Below, piece after piece: positions 1 to 10,341 of a stretch of DNA of 64,000 bases; position 1 is the first letter of the stretch; each line of letters begins with the position of its first letter. Origin of the DNA: Bispira polyomma (Eukaryota). The position numbers were made by a program, and so were the translations under genes. Location of the stretch: the NCBI GenBank assembly GCA_965649765.1, contig OZ287748.1, forward strand, positions 32,426,001-32,490,000, written 5' to 3'. A model generated the notes under the pieces. The model searched no databases. It was not told the DNA's origin and was given only the letters and a program-made list of their open reading frames with translations.

Positions 1-310
1 AACGTCTTACCTAAAAACTAGCAGATTCAAAATCATTTAAAGTTGTAGCACCTGCTAAATGGCACCATCTCCCTGGCAGTCTTCATACTGAGACAAGGAT
101 TACATGCTTTACAAAAAACAACAACACTCAAAACACATTTGTATCAACTCGCTTTTCCGCTTTTACATTCATCTGCAGGTTACAACTGAACCTTTCCTCT
201 GATCAGGATATTTTTTTGCATATTGAGTCATTGACTAGGATGTGCGCCAAATGGGGATGCCTGGTCATTGATTCTAGCGCTTTTGAAGTAAAATATTAAA
301 TAACATTAAA
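1..310 (+). mobile_element. L2/CR1-group LINE 3' end fragment
   Basis: Degenerate SFKVVAPAKWHHLP...LKTHLYQLAFP ORF2 C-terminus followed by an A-rich tail. Confidence 0.6.
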
Positions 311-368
311 ATCTCTTCACAAGATATATAAATACAAAAGGTTTTAAGGTTTCGTCATCTATTAAACT

Positions 369-1084
369 AACACGAGCACTCAGTCGAAAACATACCTTCG
401 CCATCGGGTACACAATCGAAGGCTCAGTGCTTTGGCTTACAGATCTAGAGTTTTGAAATGAGGCCATCTGATAGCATATCAAAAAGTAGATGAATAATTT
501 ATTTGACTAAAACAATCATTTCCCTGTAGTTTTCCCTGAGGTAAATACTCATTAAAGTCCATACTAGATACTTAGTATTAATCCTCTGGATGGACCTGCA
601 CCACAATTTAATTGCTTCGTCTTTGCTATATGTCATGTAAATGTAGGTTTATAATCTGATATCACCCATGATAAGGCCTCATACGACTTCACAGTTTACA
701 ACTCTAAGTCTGGGTTTTTCTACTTGTGATCAAATTGTTCACTAGTAGCTCCCTAACTGACCGTACAAGTCATACTTCTAGATGTGGTGCAAAGACTAAC
801 ACATATTAGCAAAGTAACCATTTATACAACTGGCTGGAGAGGAGCAACTTTATTTAAAGTACATTGCCCAAGGGTACAATCTCCAGGCAAGCAATGAGGA
901 TTAAACCTGGGACCCTCTTATCCAAAGTCAAACACTCTAGCCACTAGGCCACAGAGACCACAGCACCCACAATGTAAAGGCTAAAATATATACAAATTTT
1001 GCTCTACAAAGTATGGTCAAAATCCTGTTGACAAACAGACAAACAGACGGGGTGGAAACATAACCTATTTGGTGGATGTAAGAA
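369..1084 (-). mobile_element. Helentron-associated non-autonomous element (HINE/DINE-like), interrupted by a SINE
   Basis: Ends aacacgagcactcag...ataccttcgcca and acagacaaacagac...aacctatttggtggatgtaa: subterminal inverted repeats plus an ACAG microsatellite. Related copies at 15.3 kb and 28.8 kb. Confidence 0.55.
640..960 (-). mobile_element. tRNA-derived SINE with a CORE-like central domain
   Basis: Minus strand: A box tggcctagtgg, B box ggtttaatcc, then cccttgggcaa...ctctccagccagttgtataaatgg. Confidence 0.6.
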
Positions 1085-2569
1085 TTATTACTAAGATGGT
1101 GCACATTATAGAGGTTGTATGTCACACAATATTCTAACATATAGGTGTACTCACATGGACTGGAATTGCCAGTGTATATATTGGTATTTAAGTCCCAGTC
1201 TCACTATGGCTGTGTAGATAGGCGGTTAGAGGCAATTTGAAAATCATGTTCTACTGCCGGGAACCCTATCCATACCTTCCCCTAAGTTTAGCTTCCTTTT
1301 TCGAATCATCTACAGTCGGCCGTGCAAGGTGGAAGTTTTGAACGTGTGTAATGTCACTTTTAAACATGTGTTCAAAATTCGACTCCACCAAAGCGGTAAA
1401 AGGGGAGTAAAACGCTTCCGCCTATTTCTGGATGATACCAAATTCTACTGTAAGTCTTCCGTCCCTTTCCGTCATGTATTTCCGCCCATTTGCGTGTATT
1501 TCTGTTTCTCTACTGTAAGTCTATGGTACTAGTATTGTAATTTCCTGATTTTTTTTCCCGTCTCTAAAACTTATCTGGACAAGTTTCAGAGTGTATATTT
1601 TGCATTGATGGAACAGCCAATTTAATAGACATAAAGACAAGTTACAGTACCTTCTGCTACCTTCTAGTACTACATACCTCACCAGTAATGTGTGAGCGAG
1701 GCTTTATGCATCTTGTGATAGTTGTGAGGTTAACACAAGTGAAATCCAGTATTTTCCACTGTTAATTAACATAATTATGACAGCAACAATATGTTTCAGA
1801 AATACATAGAGGATGTGTATATATGTCTAAACTGACAAGTGTTTGATTAAAAAGCAATTAGTAATTTGATATACTTGACTCTTAACAATAAGATTTCTCA
1901 ATAAATCAACTCAATAGGCATTGTTGAGTTTACACAGTAATAAATTGAACTAATCTAACAGACTTTGAAAAACGAGCATTCCATTGGAATTTCATGAATT
2001 AGCTAAATAACTGAAAAACTGTACAGTGCAGCTATTTGTTCTTTTTTTCACAATAGTAGAAATACAGCAGAAGTAAATTCATATACATGTATAATATTAT
2101 TCCACAAAAGTGTGGCCATAATAAAATCCTACAATGTTTAATTTCATGATATCACAGAAAAACAGTTTGGATAATTAAAATAGAGCAATAACGTCCTCAT
2201 GTATGCGTTAAACGTCAATATATAACGATTTAGCATTGTGATCTGACTAGGAGGTGAAAAAGTAGGTAATAGTTTGTAATAAAATTTTAAAAAACCCTAC
2301 ATATATACAATAGGTAAATGTTGATGTCATTTTAATTAGTTAAAATAGTCACACACCTCAAATAAATCACTCAAATGAGAACATTGTGTGCACTTAAATT
2401 ATAAGACATAATGCACGCAAGTAGAATGAAATCGTGCCGTGTTCTTCTTGTGTGTGTGAGGGGGGGGATGTTGAGGGGGGCGGGGTCCTGCACTAAAAGT
2501 ACCTGCCTAACATGGTATGTATGAGTATGTCACTAATATGTCAAAAGAAATGGTGAAAGTGTGAAGTAC

Positions 2570-3396
2570 CTAATTGGGTTTAATTTCTTGAGCCTGTGAG
2601 GTAAAACTTCGACTTGCTCAATTCTTTGTATTGCATGAAGTCATTATGAAACCTGTGGGGAAAATACAAGGATCATTTGTAGGTGTTTCTGGCCAGATCG
2701 AAGTCGGTCAAAATGTACTCAGGTGTTACAGCACAAAAACTAACTTGATGGAAGTCTGAGTGAAACATATTACTCAGTGTAAACATAAGTTTATCTATTC
2801 ATCTATGTCAACAAAAAATGATCAAAATTAAACATTCATTGCAATTTATCTCTTTAAAATAGCAAAAAAAGTAAATTTTAATTTTTGCACTAGCTTCAAT
2901 ATATATAATATTTCCTGCTAACTAAATTCTTGTTAATCTCTTTTTTGCAATCATTTGTTTTACTTATTGGCTCCAAACCACAAACGGGTAAGGTTTTCAA
3001 GCTGGTATTTTGATGTAAAACGTCTTAACAATAGAAAATACTATGGCAGTTACAAATACCTTGGTTGCAAGCCCACTTGCCATTCTATATCGTATTCTAA
3101 AGCATGCAGTTTTCGTAGGATTCTGCATTAAGTTTGCTCATGGTCATGTGTAGCTTCTCTTCTCCAATAGTACCACTGGAAACAAATTCATTTGTGTTAA
3201 ATTAAAATTAAATAATTTTAAAGGCTATTCATATAAATAACCAGTTTACTTATCATAAAATCAGTCAGCAAGCTCACCAAAGGAAATGGTCTTTCTTCCT
3301 CTGATTTTTTAAACAAAGATTAATGGCTTTCGTATTAACTGATTTTATTAGATCTTGATTGGGGATATACGCCCCAGAGGATTCCTGGACATCCAT
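2570..3396 (-). pseudogene. Three-exon pseudogene fragment (SEFIR/TIR-like; MULE transposase is an alternative reading)
   Basis: Exons 3396-3278 (TG|GTGAGC), 3175-3060 (G|GTATTT) and 2755-2570 (G|GTACTT) splice with compatible phases into one frame with 4 stops: MDVQESSG...NGKWACNQDFHQVSFCAVTPEYILTDFDLARNTYK*SLYFPHRFHNDFMQYKELSKSKF. Confidence 0.45.
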
Positions 3397-3694
3397 TGTA
3401 GCGACACAAACATTTAACATAATAAAAGACAATACCAAAGCAGTAAACGGTGAGATAATTAAAAAACAATCATAGTCAGATGTAATACTCACATGCACTT
3501 GTAATAAATAAAAATCGTGTGTTCAAATAAGGCTTGTATAAATACAAGATGTCAACAGAACGCGCTAGTGTGATATTAAGTTCAGCTTTTAAGTAGTAGA
3601 TTACAGTAATAAATTTTTAAATACATGAACCAGACAATGATAATACAAAAATATACATGTACATGATCTTCGTTTTTTGAGCACTGAATGAGTG

Positions 3695-3903
3695 CTGGGC
3701 CCGTATTCACTAAAGTTCTTATACATGTACTTGAATAAAAAAATTCTTAGAATAGAAAATTTTCTAAGTATGAGATTGATTCTCATTCTAAGTATAAGAA
3801 TGATTCTTATTCTAAGTATAAGAATTATTCTAAATATATGAAGTTTAGTGAATACCAAAATTTCTTATTTTAAGTATAGAAACTTTGGTGAATTCAGGCC
3901 CTG
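3695..3903. mobile_element. MITE with ~30-bp TIRs
   Basis: 5' ctgggcccgtattcactaaagttcttatac versus reverse-complemented 3' cagggcctgaattcaccaaagtttctatac. Internal ~24-bp repeats (ttctaagtataagaat). Confidence 0.75.
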
Positions 3904-4199
3904 ATTAAAATTAGTGTATTATTATTTTACAATTTAGTTATACCTCTAAATGTTGAATTATTGTTCAGCAATATGCATTTTCTCAGTGGCATGTCTTTCT
4001 ATTTTCGATGATTATTTCTGACAAGACGCTTGAATCTTGTGTGGGTAACATGCATGAGTACATTGTAGAGGAGTTTACTCTTCTCTTCAGAAACATAATT
4101 TATGTGGTTTGGATGATGTCATTATGATCGTGTAAATCACCCAAATTTATTTTATAATTTTTTTCTGAAATAGTTTGTAATATCATAGTTAGTTTAGTC

Positions 4200-5030
4200 T
4201 AAAAGATGTATAAATAAAAGGTAGAAAAGAACAACAATTATATGATGTCCTTAATAATTTGGCAAAAATCCCAAAATTTCACAAAAAAAAACAAACTTTA
4301 CTCATTGGAGTAAGTAAGCATGGAATAAATTTTGTTTGAGGTCTGATTGACAGTAATAGAAATGTTATTAGTGAAAGAGAATTAGAACAAAATTATAACA
4401 TTTTAAAAACAAATTTTTTGAATACCCACTAGTCCAATCCTGTGTTCAATGTATTGTTAGGAAATATATAAAGTATGATAATTTCCACTTTTCAACATCC
4501 TTGTCTGTCAAACTATTGCCAGTCCTGTTTTATCACAAACATGGGGGCCAAACAATTCTATAAACTCTTGGACAGGACCTGCCTGGACGTGAACTTTAAA
4601 AATTTATGGAAAGTTGAGCTAGACATAAATATCAATGAAGGTACATGGTCACAAAGATTCAAAACAATCCAGGACAACTACCTTATTTGGTTCCAGTACA
4701 GAATTATGCATGGTATTCTTTGTACCCAGAAACTACTCCATAGGCATAGTGTCATCTCCGAATTGCTTACTGGGTAAATCCTCCCCAGAATCTATAATTG
4801 ATCTTCTCTCTTTGTCCTGTGACCATACACTTTTAGCAAAAGATAGAAGCATGGATCAAGACCAACACAGGAAATAATATAATGCTGGGTCTAGTGGAAC
4901 ACATTTTAGGAAATGTAACTACTCGTAATGACTTTCTTCTAATCAATATTTTTGTTCTAGCCACTAAGAGTTGAATATATATTATATTCAATTTATCAAG
5001 TATATATCATCAAATAGCATTTAAGCAAAC
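4200..5030 (+). mobile_element. L1/Tx1-type LINE ORF2 C-terminal (zf-RVT-like) fragment
   Basis: WFQYRIMHGILCTQKLL then, after a frameshift, IGIVSSPNCLLGKSSPESIIDLL..C, matching the zf-RVT pattern FQxRxxHxxLxT...CxxC..E...HL..C. Confidence 0.75.
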
Positions 5031-5056
5031 TAAGCCCAAGTGTACATCTTCTTTGC

Positions 5057-5174
5057 ATGTAGCATACTTAACGTAACTGACACAATTTGACAACATTCTG
5101 AAAAATTAAAACTGAATGTAGCATACTTAACTTAACTGACACAATTTGACAACATTCTGAAAAATTAAAACTGA
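5057..5174. repeat. Tandem duplication, 2 x 59 bp
   Basis: atgtagcatacttaac...aaaattaaaactga repeated at 5057 and 5116 with one mismatch. Confidence 0.9.
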
Positions 5175-6261
5175 AAAGTTATATCAGATGATTTCATAAT
5201 AAAAATATGTTTTCTGAGCAACTGTGTCATTAACAAATTATTTAATTTTTTTTTAATTGCAAGTGTTATGTACCGGCATGAATTATCGATATAGAGCTTC
5301 ACACACACACTACCATCAGCAATACCCCCTCCCTTTAAAATGATTAGCCATGCAATCAGAAAACCATAACTAATTTATTGATGTCTATTTTACTGCCCCA
5401 ATGTTTTGGTGTCAATCCATTAAAGTAATGAGGCATACAAAAACCACTAAACTGCGACACAAATCAGGGGAGACAGAAACAATGACAAATGATACAACAG
5501 TAGAAACTACTGCTGCTCGGGGGTTTTAACCCACGATTACACTTCTCCATCCCACAATACCTCAGCACTTCACACCTAATGTTTGGAGCATCATTGGATT
5601 TGTTGTATTATAACACATGCTTGGCTGCTGAGATTGATAACTGCATAGTTTGTAATGGTAGTTTTTATTTATAGTTCTCTCTGGGCAAGTATGGATTATT
5701 AGTAACATAGAGAAGGCCTGGGGTGGAGGGGGGGGGGGGGGCTGGGGTGGAGAGGGGGGGTTATAGTTCTTACAATAGGACTGGTATTATGTGAGAAGTG
5801 TCAATAACTGAAAGAATAGAAAGGGTGTGTTTTACTTGTTTTCCCCTATTGTCACAACTTATGAATAACAGTGTTCTGTGGGGCTGTAATTGTGAAACAT
5901 GTATTAGATACAAATGTATGGTTAAGGGTCCTTAAAGCATAGGTGTTAATGGCAGTTAAATTGCACAATAGACTCCTGTTATTTACAATATAGAAGTCAC
6001 AGTTTATCAGTTTCTCCCAGCTTATAAGTTGATGTCCATTACTGTTACACTGTTTTGGACACAAATGAGTGATTTATACCACAATTTCTTACAATACTTC
6101 TCTGAAAGAAACCAATGTTGAAACCTTAGTAAGAGGTCATTTTGTACCATATTCACGGTTAAAGTGTCATTTTGGGGCCATATTATATAAATATCCTTAA
6201 AATATAATTATAATTTTCTTAGTCTCAGCCAATGGGATTCTTTGAACTAATATATTTAGCT

Positions 6262-6805
6262 AATTATTATTATTATTATTATATACAAACTTTTTGTGCG
6301 CCTAATTTTGATGTATATCAAATTCTAGGGTGCGATAAGACATAAGGGGTAAAGGCAATATCGTAAGTCTGTGGTAAAAAAAAGGGTCGGCATCAGAAAG
6401 CGTTTGAGCAACTAGAGAAGAAGGTGCTAGGGAGGATAAGCTTCATGAAACAGGCGAGTCTTAAGCTCACCAATAAAAGATGATAATGTGAGGACAGATC
6501 GTACAGCAAGTGGGAGGCTGTTCCAAAGTCTAGGTCCGTCATTTGCTAATGATCCATCAAAATGAGTTTTAGACTTATGAATCCGAGAATTAAAGCTGGG
6601 AATAATTAGGTATTTCTTTGTAGCCACAGTACGTCTGGTATTGATAGAGGATGTGTTATAATTTATGTATTCATGGAAGTACTGCGGCTGTCCAGAGTCC
6701 AAATGTTTGTAAATGAGGGTTGCAGTTTTGAAAGCGATTCTCTCATTAACAGGGAGCCAATGTAGAGACTTGAGCACTGGTGTAATGTAATCAAAATGTT
6801 TTAGA
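6262..6805 (-). mobile_element. L2-clade LINE 3' end with (AAT)n tail
   Basis: YITPVLKSLHWLPVNERIAFK...GPRLWNSLP...LKTRLFHEAYP, then a 3' UTR with a stem-loop-like segment and (AAT)n at 6262-6281. Confidence 0.85.
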
Positions 6806-7119
6806 CAAAAAGCTAAGAACAACAATTTGTGTATATCAGGGCAAGTGGTAAAACGGTCCTTTACAGGTCCATAGAGCCAGGTCGGGAGGTATGTTCTTTT
6901 TGGATACAACTGCACTTATCAAATCTAGTAGCCTTATCCTGGGAAACTGTCTCTCCGCTAACGACCTTTGCTTGCCCCTGGACTTTCCCTTTTTTGATAT
7001 TAGTGCCATAGAGGATGTTCCCATCAATTTTGCGCTTTAGAAATGTTTCAATTGTTATTATTATTATTATAGAGATTTGTATGTTAAAAATAATGGGGGG
7101 GGGGGTGATGGGGGGGGGG

Positions 7120-7345
7120 GGGGTGTTGTGGTAATACATTTGCCTCTCACAATGGCCATTATGGGTTCGAATCTCAGCCCTGGCATTTTTGTTAGAAGTT
7201 GGTATTAGAAATTTTAGACTTGCCCAATGCCAGTGGTTTACAGATAAGTAAACTTTGACCAACAACCCTGCACTGATTTCCTCTGTCAGTGAACCTGTCA
7301 TGACATAACACTAAAATGTCGTAAGCGACTTTAAAACCCAAAGTA
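7120..7345 (+). mobile_element. tRNA-derived SINE
   Basis: A-box-like ggtgttgtggt, B box ggttcgaatc, 3' tail gacataacactaaaatgtcgtaagcgactttaaaacccaa similar to other copies in the window. Confidence 0.7.
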
Positions 7346-7779
7346 ATTTTATCTAATCATAAAAAGGTATATTAACACCTGCATCTCTGATCAAGGCAAC
7401 AATCTACAATATTTATATATCCCCAAGCATTAAAAAAGTTCTAGTGTGCACACATTTGTTATGTTAATTATTTTACAATTGAGTAATATCTGTAAGTCAG
7501 CGTTAGTTAATCTAGTGACAATATGCATTGACATGGCTTACCCCACTTAATATTAGTGTTTCCATCAGTCATTGTTTAGAAACAAATATTTATATACATG
7601 ATAATAGGACAAAAAGTTAAAATAGCTAAAATGTGCTATTAAGCATTTAAGTCAAAATGACGGCAAATAAAGTCATTAACAAATCTAAACCCTAACTTTG
7701 TAAAGAATTGTTAAACTACATGGCAGTCAGACCCAGAGAACATCTCTAAAAAGACACTTTTGGCAGAGGTCATTTTTCC

Positions 7780-9180
7780 CTATCTAGATCTAGGTACTGG
7801 TGTTAGAGCCAACTTCTGTGTCTGGATGTTTTAACTACTGCTGTCCGAACGAACTTGTCTTTTAGACAAGTCTATCTGTCTGTCTGGAATCTAGCATCTG
7901 GTGTCAGGACTAGCTTCTTTTCTCTGAATCTAGCTACTAGTATTATGATCAACGTTTCTAATATCTGGATCTAGTTAATGGTGTCAGAGGCAATGTATAT
8001 CTATCTGGATCTAGTTAATGGTGTTAGAGGCAATGTATATCTATCTGGATCTAGTTAATGGTGTTAGAGGCAATGTATATCTGTCTGGATCTAGTTAATG
8101 GTGTTAGAGGCAATGTATATCTATCTGGATCTAGTTAATGGTGTTAGAGGCAATGTATATCTATCTGGATCTAGTTAATGGTGTTAGAGGCAATGTATAT
8201 CTATCTGGAGCTAGTTAATGGTGTTAGAGGCAATGTATATCTATCTGGATCTAGTTAATGGTGTTAGAGGCAATGTATATCTATCTGGATCTAGTTAATG
8301 GTGTTAGAGGCAATGTATATCTATCTGGATCTAGTTAATGGTGTTAGAGGCAATGTATATCTATCTGGATCTAGTTGCTGCTGTTAAAGTCAACTTGTCT
8401 ATCTGGATTAAACTACTGGTATTAGAGGCAACATATATATCCTGCTACTGGTGTTAGGGGTAATTGATATCTATCTGGATTTAGCTACTGGTGTTAGAAC
8501 CCAACTTACCTGTCTAATCTAGTTACTGCTCAAGCCAAATTATCTATCATGATTCACATAATGGTGTTAAAGCCAACTCATCCATCTGGATCTTAGACAA
8601 TTTATCTGTCCCGATTTACCTACTGGTGTTAGGGTTAACATGTTTAGTTGGATTTAACTATGGTGTGATCGTCAACATATCTATCTGCATCAAGCCATTG
8701 GTGTAAGAGGCAATGTGTATCTATTTGGATTTAGCTACTGGTGTTAGAACCAACTTACCTGTCTAGATCTAGTTACAGTATGAGCCAAAAATGATTTGAT
8801 TAGAGGTAATTTATATCTATCTGGATCTAGCTACTAGTGTTAGAACCAACTTATCTATCTGGATCTAGCAACTGGTGTTAAGGCCAACTTATCTATATGG
8901 ATCTTAGCTACTGGAGTTAGAATCAATATGTCTACTGGATTTAACTATGGTATTATTGTCAACATATATAGCTGGATCTAGCCACTGGTGTTATATCCAA
9001 CTTTATACATACATATATTTGAAACTAGCTACTGGTGTTAGCGCCAACTTTTCTATATGTATCTAGCTACTGATGTGTTATTGCTAACTTGTCAGTCTGA
9101 AAAATGGTATTGGTGTTATGGCTAACTTGTCAGTCTGGAAAATGGTACTGGTGTTACCGGAAGTTTTTCTATCTGAATCG
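7780..9180. repeat. Minisatellite array, 38-40-bp unit with a homogeneous core at 7962-8376
   Basis: Ten near-identical 40-mers tatctggatctagttaatggtgttagaggcaatgtatatc flanked on both sides by diverged ~38-bp units. Confidence 0.95.
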
Positions 9181-9760
9181 AAAGATGTAATAGAATGTTG
9201 AATTTGTTACAACAATAAATACCAATGCAATGTCTCATTTGAGTTCAAGGTTAGCTTTTTTTAATAATTACTCACTCATTTCTATGATTTAAACCTTGAA
9301 GTGGATTCCTTCATGTCTTTGCACTTTCTCCTTTCTTTTCAAGTACAGCTGTATTGTGTCAAGCTAATTTCTCAATGACATTGCTTTAGCAGTTGGTGCC
9401 AAGTTATGATTAGCCAATTTCCCTAGCAGTCTATTGGCTTCATTTGTGCAGAAGTGCTCTAAAATCACACGGGCTGCATGAACTTCTCACGCAGTAGAAG
9501 TCACTAACGTTGGCATTGTTTGGCATTACTTGCATGAGGGTATTCAGATTTCATCATTATTATAATTTGATTGTATTTTTTTAAATTATATAAGATCATT
9601 AAAAGGACATAATATTTAAAAACTTCTTGGTGTAGAAACATCCATTGACAAGACAAAAAATAGAACACTAATAAGGATAAAATGAGTTTAAAATGTTTGA
9701 AGCATCTGACTGACATTAAGAGGTGCTTATCACCATCACCAAAACCATCTCCCCTCCTAA

Positions 9761-10341
9761 TGCCATGGTCACACTGGTGTTACGTTTCGATTATGCACAA
9801 AAAGTGGCTAACGCAAGCTAAACGTAAGTAAAGCGTAGTAAACGTAAGCAAAACATGAGTAAGATGGTACTTTAAGTTTGGTTATCTCCTGTTTAAAAAA
9901 AAAAGTATTCATTTTCGGACTGCTCGAAATTTTTTACGTTTTTAGTCGTTTGCTGACACGTATTCAATGCGTATTTGACCTAAAGGACGGGAGTAAAACA
10001 AAGTATACCTACAAGTAATTTTAACAGCGAGAACAAAACGGGTTTACAAACGTTAAAAACAAGGAGAATGAGTTTTGAAACGTGACTAACATATTTCTAA
10101 AACGTGGCTAATGAGACTAACATATTATTAAAAAGTGGCTAACGAGTTAAACATAATTGAAACGGCTATTAATACGTATTAAATGTGTGTACAAACGTGT
10201 ACAGATGCCTACTAAACGTATACAAAACAACCCATACATTTGATTTTTGCTACGTTTCCCGATTTTCCCCCGGTTTTTCACTTTGTTTTCTTCCTTTTAC
10301 GAAAAAAATACCATACGACTGTACTCAGTGTGACCATGGCA
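9761..10341. mobile_element. PIF/Harbinger-type MITE
   Basis: Perfect 16-bp TIR TGCCATGGTCACACTG / CAGTGTGACCATGGCA, TAA target duplication at 9758-9760 and 10342-10344, internal aaacgt motifs. Confidence 0.85.

Noticed and set aside
1677-1759. Fourth exon of the left pseudogene
   Set aside because: Plausible AG/GT boundaries, but the phase-compatible frame has two stops and no supporting motif.
3601-3858. 85-aa ORF rich in I, L and R
   Set aside because: Translation of the internal repeats of the 3695-3903 MITE.
7962-8376. 40-bp repeat array as a CRISPR array
   Set aside because: Units are head-to-tail with no unique spacers, there are no cas genes, and the context is eukaryotic.
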